Below are positions 27,041 to 40,229 of a stretch of 64,000 nt of DNA, piece by piece; the stretch's first letter is position 1; each line of letters begins with the position of its first letter. A program made the position numbers and the translations under genes. This DNA comes from the human T2T-CHM13v2.0 reference genome, Homo sapiens, in NCBI RefSeq assembly GCF_009914755.1, contig NC_060927.1. One strand, 5' to 3'. Under the pieces are notes generated by a model. That model was given only the letters and a program-made list of their open reading frames with translations, did no database searches and was not told where the DNA came from.

Positions 27041-28219
27041 AAAAAGAAAAGTTATCTTATTAGTATTTTATGTTAATTTCTATATCCCCCTCACAGCAAC
27101 TAAAAGAATGCCTGAAATATGAAAGTTGCTTAATAAATATTTTTTAAATGAATACATGAATCTAAAAATGGCAAAGAAAGTAACTCACAAAGTATCAACA
27201 CAAAGTAAAGGAGTATGACATCAGAAATCAATCAAACTTAATGGCAGCCTCAGCTCTGATGCAGAGTTGCTCAATCATTTCCCCTTTCTGGAACAATTTC
27301 ACCATCTGCAAAATGGAAGCGTTGTTCTAAGTATTCTTTTAGTTCCTAGATTTTAAGGTTAAGTCAGCTAGCATGCATATAGCTTTGTCCAAGATTGCTT
27401 TAAACCTCAACATGTCCCAAAGTATAATGCAAATGTTTCTCAGGCAAAATAGTGCCTGAGATAAAATGATAAAATTCCTGAATACATTTTATAGAGACTT
27501 GCTGTTCAACATTTCTTGGCTGAAAGATATGATGGATTCACACCTCATTAGCATGTGCAGATAGCACTTGCATTCTGCTCAGAATGAGAGGTGTGGTCCT
27601 CACTGGCAGGGGACAGAGAATTTTTTATCTAAGCATTCAGTTTCCTGTGGTTTGTCTTAGGAAGTCTTGTGTACTTCCACCCCAACCCCAGCAGCATAAC
27701 CTCTGCTATTTATTACACTTTACTGCAACCATGCTTATCTCTCCATGTTCCCCAAAATGCTCTCTACATTCTGGCTGCTGAAAACTTCTGGGGGTGTTCA
27801 TCTGTCCTTGCTTCCTACCTTCTTTCTTTCCTCTCTCTCCCTTGGCAATCTAGAAAGGGGTATGGATGTGTCAAAGATCACGCAGAGAGCTAGAGGCTAA
27901 GAAAGATCAAGAACCCTGTATCTTAACTCTCAGTACCTCTATCACCAAAATCTTTGTCCACCCCTCCCCACCCCCAGGTGCTGTTCCAGTTTCTTTGTGG
28001 CCATTTACACTGTTCCACTCTGTCTCCCTCTCTCACCTAACAATCTTGTCCACAAATCCATGCAGGTGCCAGCCACACCCTCTTCCCAGCATCCTCACTG
28101 CAGCAGTGATTCCTTGGGACTCTTTAGCTTTGTAATTTTCTTGACTTTTTTTTTTTTAATATTCAGGAATTTTCTCGTCCTTCTATACTGAGCTTGGAAT
28201 GTTTTGAGGCAAAGATCAT

Positions 28220-28494
28220 TTAGGACAATGTACAGTTGCAAATAAGAGAAAACTGACTGCCGCGAGCTGACACGAAAAGGTGTTTCATTTTCTCCCATAT
28301 CAGAAAGTAGGTGGGTGCTAACAGTATTTATTCTGCTCAGTGATGCATGACATCAGGGACTCTGGTTCTCTCTCTTTTTCTGGTTTACCACTTTTAAGGA
28401 GTAGGTCATCCTTTTGCTGTGGCCTAGTGGTGCCAAGAGGACAGTAATAGTGCAGACATCACAGTACAGACAGGGTTAGAGGAAAAGTCATGCC

Positions 28495-28538
<44 letters not shown>

Positions 28539-28770
28539 CCCTCCGTCTGTCTATTTTTACCAAGGGAGTAAAACTTTTCCCAGAACTGACTTCAGGGGAT
28601 TTCTGCCTGTTTTGTGTGTCACGTGATTATTTGTACTTGAAAAGAGGCTGGGAGATTGGGAAACACACTTGACCCATTTTGACTGTGATCAGTGGTGAGT
28701 GGTTGTATGGGACTGGATACCTCACCACCCTAAAACCAGAAATCTATCAGCAAAGATGGGAGAGGGAATG
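28220..28770 (-). mobile_element. Old MLT1 (K/L-like) LTR containing a (CT)n repeat
   Basis: cagttgcaaataagagaaaactgac...catcagggactctggttctc...gacatcaca; (CT)~19 at 28497-28534. Confidence 0.5.
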
Positions 28771-28774
28771 GAGG

Positions 28775-29136
28775 TGATATGGTTTGGCTGTGTTCCCACC
28801 CAAATCTCCTCTTGAATTGTAGCTCCCATAATTCCCACATGTTGTGGGAGGGGCCCAGTGGGAGATAACTGAATCATGGGGGCAGTTCCCCCATACTGTT
28901 CTCATGGTGGTGAATAAGTCTCAGGAGATCTGATGGTTTTTAAAGGGAAACCCATTTCGCTTGGTTCTCATTTTCACTCTTGTGTGCTGCCATGTAATAT
29001 GTGCTTTCTGCCTTCTGCCATGATCGTGAGGCCTCCACAGCCATGTGGAACTGTGAGTTCATTAAAGCTCTTTTTCTTTATAAATTACCCAACCTTGGGT
29101 ATGTTTTTGTCAGCAGCATGAAAACACACTAATACA
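28775..29136 (+). mobile_element. THE1 (B/C) MaLR solo LTR
   Basis: tgatatggtttggctgtg...cactaataca with a perfect 5-bp TSD ggagg (28770-28774 and 29137-29141). Confidence 0.95.
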
Positions 29137-29399
29137 GGAGGGTTGGACAGTCTTATTCACAATGACCTTGACCTTTTAAAGTTGACCCCTCTGTTGCCTC
29201 CATTAAGTATCCTTCCTTTCACAGACATTTAACATCTCATTTGAAATTGAATTTCTTTTATAAAACCTTTGATGATTCCTCTAACAAGACGTGTTGTATG
29301 TACCTTTATCTCCTTTTATAATATGTATCCTCTTCTCCTCTTAATCTGTGGAGTATGTGAGGACAGATAACTATCTTGTCATTTAGCTTAAAGTATTGA

Positions 29400-29680
29400 A
29401 AGATGAAAACCTCAGTACTACTCTGCCATTCAAGTTGTGATTTGGGGTGAGTTATTTAACTTCAGAATGCCTCTGTTTTTCTCCTGACTCATGAGGTGCT
29501 GTAATCATTGAATGTGTTAATAGATAAGCAGTACTTAGAATAGCATCAACATGTAGACAGAACTCATGAGACCCAGTCCTTCAACTATGATGAATATTAT
29601 CTCTGTGAAACTCTTTGGATCTCAGTTTCTCCATGTGTAATGGAGAATTGGATGTGGGTATTCTAAGGCTTCTTCTACTG
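29400..29680 (+). mobile_element. MIR fragments
   Basis: ctctgccatt...gagttatttaacttc...; ctctttggatctcagtttctccatgtgtaatgg. Confidence 0.55.
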
Positions 29681-29729
29681 CTTACATATATTATTTCTTT
29701 TTTTTTTAAAAAAAAAAACAAACCATTGA

Positions 29730-30031
<302 letters not shown>

Positions 30032-31679
30032 ATTGAGCTTTTCTTATAATAGTCTCAATAAATATTTGCTAAATAAAATTGGCATATCTAAATAATAGAA
30101 TCATCAATAGAGCTGCATTGTGTATCAGCTCTCTCGGGATTGAGTTTCAGGCTTTAAACTGTTTTCTGTTGTTTCTGCTTATTAGATTAAAAATAATTCA
30201 TAATCATTTGGGAGATAAAAGTATTTTATTGGAAAGCATCTGTGGTGTGATTCCTGAGATTCTTCTTGTTGCTAAAGATTGCTAGCTACCATGCGCAGAC
30301 AGAAAACTGACCAGTTTTCAGCTCTAAATCAAGAAGCAGATTGATTTCTGGGACTCTGAAATTCTTTTCGTTACTTCAGTGGCTTGTATGTATCTCTCTT
30401 GTATGTATCACTCTCTCAAGCCTTTGACAGCGGACATTCTCAGTGAAAGCTGAGGTGCTATGAATGGAGTTGTCCTATCTGTCATGGCTCTTCAGTTGCC
30501 ACATTTACGATGAGACTTTCCAGTTCTCCCTACTTGTTCGCTCCCCACAGAAGTGTGAATTAATTTGGCAATTGCAATACCAACGGGCAGCATCAAACTC
30601 TGATTAGATTTTCCGTGTGTCAGAGGGAGAATGTAGTGTGCTGAATTATCACCATTACTGAGAAATAAACTAACTGATATTCAAATACCAGGTATGTGTG
30701 TGTCTGTGGGCCATGAAAAATTCCATTTTTTGCTGGTAGGTACATGGGACCATCATTATTGTCTCACAGTGACACACTTGGTATGGCTTGAATGTTTATG
30801 TTGAAGTCATCTACTTACAATATAAGTGAAATTTTAAACCTGCCACATTCTTTTATGGATCTGAGACAAATAAGGGATGGATTGTCTTTCCAGCAGGTAC
30901 AATTCAAGCCTTCCAAGAACTGATGATCAAAACAGTATGTTTATTTCTCTTTCTCTGTTTTCCAGTTTTCTTTCATTTTTACATTTTAGCTTTATGAACA
31001 GGTTTATCCCCATTACCACGTTAATAGCCAATCTCTCTCTTCTGTTGAGGTGTTTAATTTTGCTCACCTGCGGGCAATTCCCCGTAAGAGGGGATGAGCG
31101 TCTCAATTCTGCAGTCATGAAACTCCACACATCCGTTCCCCTAGTGTACACCGGGTGAGCCCTCAATCCATGTTTGCAGACTGCCCCTCCACTAGACATG
31201 TTGCCAAATGGAGTTTGCTCCAATTTGCTTAATCACTCAGCTGTAATTGAATCCTGATGAGAAGCTGGGTTTCCATCCAAAATTATACCCCTTCTGTTGC
31301 TGAGAAGATGGTAAAGTAGCCATTTCTTCTCCCCAGGAGTCCCAGGACAGTTTGCAGATGGTTTCATCCCTCTATCCTCCATAATGCTTTCCAGACTTGG
31401 AGGAATCATGGCATTGAGACTGTCATCGCCATTGCCCAGGGATATGTCTGTTGCTGGCTCTCTGTACCATTGTGAGCTTTATAACAAAGCACAATAATTT
31501 ACCCTTTCCTTCCTTTTCTCTATGCCACCTTCCTAAGAGCTCCCTAAAAAAAAAAAAGAAAAATGTTTGGCTAGAATATCATTGAACAAATTCTACTTCT
31601 ACCTGAGTAGGCTACAACCAATATGGAGACACCCAGGTGAATATGCCTCAAAATCTGACCACCTGCAGCAGTTTCACCT

Positions 31680-31828
31680 AGAGCAGCGTGGGCCCTAAGC
31701 TAGCAGCATCAGCATCACCTGGGAACCTGTTCCAATTACAAATTCACAGGCTTTACACAAACTGACTAAGAATCTCTAGAAGTGAGGATCAGAAATGTGC
31801 TTCACAAGCTCTTCTGTAAGTGAATTCA
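31680..31828. mobile_element. MER5A fragment
   Basis: agcagcatcagcatcacctgggaacctgtt...agaatctctagaagtgagg. Confidence 0.7.
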
Positions 31829-31829
31829 G

Positions 31830-34495
31830 ATCTTTTCTGTTTGAAAGTTTGTGTGTTTATTGCTGAGTTTAAGAGTTATTTATATATACTGGATACATTC
31901 GTTTATCAAACATATACTTTTAACCAAGTGTCTGGCTTGTGCTTTCGTTTTCTCAATGCTGTCTTTCACAGAACAAAAGGTTTGAATTTTCATAAAATCC
32001 AATTTATCACGTTTTTCTTTATAGATTGTACTTTGGATATTATATTCAAAAACTCATTGCCAAACCCAAGGTCATATTGATTTTCCCTTTGTTTTATTCT
32101 AAAAGTTTTCTAGCTTTATATTTTACACTTGGGTGTATTATCCATTTAGAGTTAATTTCTATATAAGGCAAGATTTATTATTTCTGCATAAGAAAATCCA
32201 ATTATTTTGGCATCATTTGTTGAAAAGACTATTCTTTTTCCTTTGAGTTCCTTTGCATGTTAGCCAACAATCAGTTGACTGTATTTGTGTTGGTATACTT
32301 CTGAGCCTCTATTTTCTTCCCTTGATTCAACAGTCTATACTTTTTACCAGCATTACACTGCTTAATTCCTGTAGCTTGAAAGTAAGTCTTAAACTTAAGT
32401 GGTGTGAATATCTAATTTTCTTACTTTTCAGAATTGTTTTGACTATTTCCTTTACCTTTCCATATAAATGTTAAGTTAGATGTTGAGGTCTACAAAAATA
32501 AAATAAAATAAAATGTTTACTGAGAGTTTGCTCTAGATAGCATTGAATCTATAGATAGATTTGGGAAGAATTTACTTACACGTTTAAAAATGTATTTTAG
32601 CCATGTTTTATAGTTTTCAGCACACAGACCTTGTACATATTTTGTTGCCTAAGCAGGACTGGTTTTTCGGTGATACTATTAAATGGCGTTGTGTTTCAAT
32701 GTAAAATTCAGTAGTTCCTTCCTATGATCGACTATTGTTTATTGAGTTCATATCCTGCAACCTTGTTTAAGGCACTTATTCTAGGAGATTTTTTGATAGC
32801 TTTTTTTTGGGGGGGGGATTTCTCTGTCATATGTAAATAGAACTGATTTTACTTTTTCCTTTGAAACATGTATATAGTTTGTTTCTTTTCCCCTCCTCAT
32901 TTTGGCAAGGGTTTATAGTACAGTATTGAACAGGATAGGGCAACCTTGCCTTGTGGTCTCTTACTATTAAATGTGATGCTAGCTGTAGGCTTTTTATAGA
33001 TGCCTATTATTAGGCTAAGGAAATTCTCTTCTAATTCTAGTTTACAGAGTTTAGTATTGTTATCATAAATATATATATATAGAGAGAGAGAATTTTGTTA
33101 AGTACTTTCTCTGCATGTATTAAGGTGCTCATGGTTTTTCTTTTTTAGTCTGACAATATGTAAATAATAATGATTGATTTTTCAAATAATAAATTAGCCT
33201 TTTGTTCTTTGAATAAAACCCACTCAATCCTAATGTATTATCTTTTTAAAAATTGTTGCTGGATTTGTTTTGTTAACATATTTTTAAGAATATTTGCAAA
33301 TATGTTCCAAGTAATATTGTCTATATTTTATTTTTGTTTGGTAATATCTTTTCCTGGTTTAGGTATTAGGTAATACCTCATAAAATGAGTTATGTTCTCT
33401 CTTCTCCCATTTTCTGGAAGAGATTGTGTAGATCATGTTTTATGTATTCATTCACTGATAGAATTCATCAGTTAAACCATCTGAGCCTGAATCTTTATTT
33501 TCTGAAAGATTTTTAAACGACCAATTTGGCATTTTTAATTTACATAAGACTATTCAGATTACTATGCATTCAGTTTTGGTACTTTGTATCTTTCAAGAAA
33601 TTCTTTCATATCATTTACATAGCTGAACTTATTAATGTAGAGTTATCACTAATATCCTCATATTATATTTTGATATCCATGAGATCATCAGGGTTACCCT
33701 TCTTTCATTCCTAAATAGGGTCATTTGTTAGTTCTCCCTTTTTGTCTCAGTCTACATTTCATATATATCAATTTTATTTATATTTTCAAAAACAGCTTTT
33801 TTAAAAAAAAAAAAAGCTGGGATCTTGCTATGTTGCCCCGACTGGTCTCCAACTCGTGGGCTTAAGTGACTCTCCCTCCTCAGTCTCTTGAGTAATGGAT
33901 CTGTAGGTTTTCACAATCATGCTCTGCTAAACATGCAGCTTTTGATTTCATTGTTTTTCTCTATTATATTTGTTTTCAAACTCATTGATTTTTGCTTTAC
34001 CTTTTATTATGTGCTTTCTGCTTTTTTTTGGTATTTACTCAGTAATTTTCTCTTAAAGTGAATGTTTACGTTGCTGATTTTAGATGTTTCTTCTTTTTGA
34101 ATATAAACATATAATGCTATGTTTCCATCTAAACACTGCTTTATCTGTAACTTACAAATATTGATATATTGTACTTTCATTTATATTTAGCTCAAAATAT
34201 TTTAAAATTTACCTTGACACTTCTCTTTGATGCATGGGTTATTTGGTAGTGTGTTGTTTAATTTCCAAGTGTTTGGAGATATTTTTATCTTTCTGTCATT
34301 GATTTCTACTTTGATTCTGTTATACTGAGAAAATACTTTATATTATTTCTATGCTTTAAAAATGTTATTTGTATGGCTCAAAATATGGTCTATCTTAATA
34401 AATATTGCATTTGTGCTTGAAAAGAATAAATGCATTTCTGTTGTGTGGGTTGTCAATTAGGTCAAGATGATTGATAGTTTTGTTGGGTGTTTATA
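31830..34495 (-). mobile_element. Ancient L1M ORF2 fragments
   Basis: T-rich antisense L1 motifs (catttgttgaaaagactattc; gcattgaatctatagatagatttgggaagaat; cttgaaaagaat). Confidence 0.8.
33797..33928 (-). mobile_element. FLAM (Alu monomer) inside the L1
   Basis: gggatcttgctatgttgccccgactggtctccaactcgtgggcttaagtga; cagcttt on both flanks. Confidence 0.75.
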
Positions 34496-34984
34496 TTTTA
34501 AAGAAGGACCACAGGTGATTTCATGCATGCTGAAAGTTGAGAGCCACTTAGAGTGAGCTAACACTAATTGGGATTCCAGTGTAATGAAGGCTTAATTTTG
34601 TATTTGATTTTATATTTGTCTATGTTTGTGGAAGTCTAGAAGCTTCCACCCAGTTGTCCATGTTCTAGGTGTGAGCTTGTTGATTACAAATATCTCCTAA
34701 ACACATTACACATTAGAGTAAGGTTTTTTACCTGTCTCTGCCCCTGGGTCTTGTGCCCCTTGGACGGCCATTAGGACTTTTCTACAAATATTTCCTCTAC
34801 CCTTTTCATCGATGCTGGCTTTTAAGTGTGTTTCATAAAATGCTAGATCCAGGAGCAGCTGCTAAGCAAGAAGCAGGGAAGTAAGATGTATACGCATTGC
34901 TTAGTAAACTGATGCATGTTTCTCCATCTTGAAATTCATAATGCCAATTAATATTATACTGGCTCTGACAAGTTTGGAGTTAAC

Positions 34985-35130
34985 ATATCTCTATTCCTTC
35001 CTTTCCCTAACATAAAATGAGCAATACGAAATACTTTATAAGATTTTTGAGAAGACTAAATGAGGTAACATCTGTAAAACACTTAATGATGGCTTAGGCA
35101 CATAGTATGTTGTCAATAAGTGTTTGTTGC
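34985..35130 (+). mobile_element. MIR 3' half
   Basis: taaaatgag...gaagactaaatgaggtaacatctgtaaaacactta...ggcacatagta. Confidence 0.7.
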
Positions 35131-35660
35131 TATGATTTAGTATAGTTGATGTTCTTGGTTTTAGTTTTATTCCACTTATTCCACTGGAATTGATCTTTAA
35201 AAATAGAGATGGGTATAAAGGGAAAAAATTCTGGGAATGCAAACGCCACAAAAGTAACAGAGATACACAGAGCTTTACCTGTTCAAGTTTCTTTATTGTG
35301 GTTTACTTTTTGTAGTGTTATTAAGGGGTATTGCATTCATTTTAAAAACCTTCTTCAACCCAGCCACTTTTTCTTCCTACCTAAACCTGCCTCCTCTGAA
35401 GTAATATCATTGGTATTGCTGGGAATAATTAGATATTTGTACGTGTACTATAAAGAGGATGTCGTGTAATACCATGGAAAGTGCATTAGGTATGAACAAC
35501 ATCTCAGGACTCAGCATGGTGTCTTATGCTGTCCTCGCTTAGCAACAGCATCAAGGAAGTATTGCATATCCGGGATTCAGAATCTCCTCCTCATCTACCT
35601 TCCTTGGCTCCTTTGACATCTCTGTGGAAACATTATTGACACTATGTTTTCTTCTCTTAA

Positions 35661-35807
<147 letters not shown>

Positions 35808-36439
35808 TAAGAATAACTGGTGACAATTGTTAATATGCATGTTGCAATTTTAGGAGAGAGAAAGATTAGGCTGCTGGCTGAGACAGGAAAAGATAGCATA
35901 AGATCAAAGCTGTAATCATACAGCGGCGAAGTCTGTGCTTGCCTCTACCCAACACATACAGTGGTAGCATGTTATGGTCACGTGTTTTCCCTCTGTTAGC
36001 AAAATAAATGTATTCAATTATTTGTAAAAACAGAAAAAAAACTCTAGATCTTTTAAAGGTGCTTTTATTTAAAAATTTTTCCAAATATATTAATAACAGA
36101 TTTTTATCCAAAGAATGGTTCTCTTAATGTAAAAGAAAAATGTCTTAAAATTCTGGTTTTATTGCTAGTGCTTTAACTTCAATATGTTCAAATCAAAAAC
36201 TTGTCTTAACTCTACATTCTCCAATCCACTTTCTTTTTTCTTTTCAGAACTTGATCTTTCTTGGACTCAAAAATCTGCTTGTAATCTTGACTTTGCTTTT
36301 TTCCTGGTTCCTTGTATTGTTGGCCAAGCCACATAGAAACAAGCTTTGACATGTTTCCACAATGTAAATGTCTGTTGCTTTCTTTTCTGATCACTACCAA
36401 CCTGGTCCGGAGTCCTTATTTTTAGAATTTTTAGAATAT

Positions 36440-37170
36440 TTATTTTTGTAATCTTTATTTTTAGAATAAACAGTAAATAAACCTGATTACAAAATTTAAA
36501 GTAAACATACAATCTCCATCTTGTCGCATAGCTAACAAGTTCTCTCCAGGTACAATAACTAATTAAAAGTTTCTTGTATATCCTTGTGGAGATATTCTGT
36601 ATATATGCTAGAGGGATGTGCTGCTTGTTTTTACACAAATGGTAGCATGTTGTGTGCATTCCTGTTCAGCATTTTATTTATCATTTTATCATGGAGATCA
36701 CTGAATATTAGTACCTATACTTCTACTCAGTATTCAATAGCCAGGCAGAATTTTATTTTACATAGGTACTGTAATTTATCTAACTGCTCCCTTATTAATT
36801 GACATGTAATTTGGATTACAGTCTATTGAAGTTATAAATAATGCTGTAATTAACTTCCTTTTGCACAAATCTGTGTGTATAAATATAAATAGACAAGTGT
36901 TAATCTACAATGTGTTATGCAATGTATAAATTTATAATGTGATAAAAACATAACATGCAAATATACTTTTTATATATATTATAAATATTTATAAAATAAA
37001 TTCCTATTAAAAAATTTCTAAGACAAAAATATGTCCCTTCTTAAAAATATATAAATATTGTCTCCCAGAGAAGTCATGCCAATTTACACTTCCATTGATG
37101 TGAAAGAGCTGTTTATGTGTGTTTTAAATCTTTGTCTATCTTATAGTTCAAAATAATATATCATTGACTT
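36440..37170 (-). mobile_element. L1ME-type 3' fragment with an AT-rich low-complexity insert
   Basis: tttacacaaatggtagcat...aataatgctgtaattaac...gccaatttacacttccat. Confidence 0.6.
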
Positions 37171-39917
37171 TGAAGGTGAATCTTTTATTCAGGGTAAAGG
37201 TTTAATGGCCTGGGCCCTTAAGTTCCTGCTTGGATTTTTCAATGTCTTTACCACCAGCGTCTCAAACCTGTCTCTTTCCCTGCTTTGTGTATCCTAGACA
37301 CTGCTCCTGAATCCATCCATCTCCTAGTATAAAGCTCTGACCACAGGTGTGGTGGCAGGGCTATTAAATGGAAAGAGTTTTGAATTTTTAAATGAGGATT
37401 ACTTGCTTCTTAGATAATGAGCACTGTCTGACCTTGGGCAAGTTCCTCCCACTGCCTTCCAGGTTCTTTGGGCCTCAAGTCTCCTACCAATCAAATGAAC
37501 ATCCTTCGGAGTTCTTTTTCGGGAGATCTGGCTGTTTCACCTTTCTAGTCTTATTCTATTCCAAATTCCCTCATGATTTGCTACTGTAGGCACACTGCCG
37601 TGGTATGATCTCCCTCCCAATTCTGCATGCATTCTTTCCCCCTCCCTGGCCCATGTTTCCTTCCCTGCTTCATCACCTCAATGCTATCTCTAGTGCTGTC
37701 CTCTCAGGGAAGATTTCTCTGATCAATGTCACTTTGGAAAATTCTTCATACTCACTCAGTTTCATTGTTTATGTGAATGGTGCCATTTTTATTGTTGGAT
37801 TGTTTAATTAATGTCTGTATTCTTCACTAGTTCGTAAAATTAGGGCAGAAATGATGCTTCTTTCGACTTGCTTTTGTACTGTCAATAACTATTATAGGGC
37901 TCAGGACATAGTAGCTCAATAAATGGCGTTGAACAAGTGAATGAAATTCCTAACCTAATGCTTCATATTTAATAATTTAACAATAAGCTTCTTTTTTTTC
38001 TGAACTTCCTGGTGATTCAATATATGGTCTCATTTTTACGGTTTAGGCCTCATCTACATTCATCCAGTTCTCCATCCAAAATGCATAACTCTTATCCTCC
38101 GATTTGTTCTGATTACTTCTCCATCATGGTCTTTGCTCACGATGTTTTTTTCTCTCGTTATCTATCTGTCTAACTTACGTCTCTTCTTCAAGGTCTGTTT
38201 CAAGCATTCCCTTCTCCAGTTCCGGAGAACTGATCCTGATTCTGATCATCCCTTAAATATATTATTTCTCTCCTTACAAAATTATCTTACAACATTATTT
38301 TCCTCACTTCGTATTTTAGGTTTCTATGAGATTTTGTTTTCATAATATTACTCTTTCTGTTCCAGTACTTTAAAAAATATCTGCTAATACCCTTCTTATT
38401 CATCTTATAAGTCCTTTTAACACCCATTTTACACTTTTGCTAAATATGTAATACCTTGGTAAAATATGGTCTCATGTTTGTTTTTAAATAGATTGCACAA
38501 GGCACATAAAAGATGTATGGCAATTAGTTCTGGTAACTAATTGGTTATAATACTGTTGACTTGCAAGTAATGTGAGTTTTTCATATTTGGATGTAAACTG
38601 TATTCAATAATGATATTCAATAATTATACCCATTCTTTTTGCATTGGACTTGTTTGTGTGTTAAACATTATTGTATATTGTCATTCATAATAGTGATGAC
38701 AATAATTATTCTTGAGCACAGTACTAAAAGCCAACAGCATATAAAAATTTATTCTAAAACATGATCTTAAACAGTGTGTGAAGTGTACTGATAACCCATA
38801 ATGTTACGTTATTTCTTTCTTCGGAAGATTTACATTGTAGATGGGAAAATTTGAGGTTTCTTGGAACGTTAACTTCAGATACTTTGTCAAAGGCTAGCAG
38901 TGAGAAGACATTAATATCTAGATTTTAAAGCTAAGATAAGTGCTAAATCAGTCATGGGTATAGATGATTTGGATTTTAGACAAGCGTGGATTCTTTTTCT
39001 AAAATAATTTATTCTGATTATAAAAGGAACACATGCTCATTGTAAATCCACTGGAAAATAAAAGTTTTTTTATTGTTTTTTTTCAATAAAAGGAACCCTT
39101 ACATTTTACTTTGCCTCCAGTTTGCTAGAAAAATTAAAGGTTAAGGAGAATAATCACAAACAATAATTTTAAATAATCTTCTATAAAACCTGCAATTCCA
39201 GCACTCAGAGATAACTGCTAATACAATTCTGGTTTAATTTTTGCAATAAGTTTTTTTATACATACACAAATTTTCCTCAACAGAATAAAGATCACATAGA
39301 ATTTTGTCATCTTTTACAATTCATATTATAGATTAATCATTTCATATCACAAGTACTTTTAAATGCTTTAATTATATTCTTATAACCTCCAAATTTTACA
39401 TAAATATACTAAACTGAACATACTTTTGTGTTTGTATCAGTTTTTACTTTCTTTTCCTGTTTTACTTGGCTTATCCCTACCTTTCTCTTCAAACTTCGTC
39501 AGCACCTCCCCAAACATGTTAATAAAAATTGTATGTCGTTTTATATTTTTGGTGCCTTGATATGATTCTATGCTTTTAACTATGCATATATACACATATA
39601 CAGGCAATTTTTGGTCAGCTTTTATTTTGTGAAAATTAAATAATCTTTTATCATGTATTTAATTTTAATTTTCTTTTTTAATGTGTAGTATCTAGTTTGA
39701 TACCTTGTGGAAATCAAACTAAGTATATTTGTAATTGCTCTAGAATTCATCCTTTGGATGTATTGTCTTTTTTTTTAAACCAGTTTCCCATTGCTCTGTA
39801 CTTAGGTTAACTCCAGTAATGAACAGACATTTTGATAGCATCTTTGATCATTTTTGGATACATTATCAAAGTGGTATCTCTAGGCCAGAAGTATTAACAT
39901 TTGATTGTTCTATTTTT

Positions 39918-40220
<303 letters not shown>

Positions 40221-40229
40221 GATTATTCT

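Noticed and set aside
29033-29045. PRDM9 hotspot motif in the THE1 LTR
   Set aside because: Reads CCTCCACAGCCAT, which mismatches CCNCCNTNNCCNC at two key positions.
36880-37050. Extremely AT-rich stretch as an S/MAR or origin
   Set aside because: Low-complexity expansion within an L1ME remnant; nothing specific can be supported.
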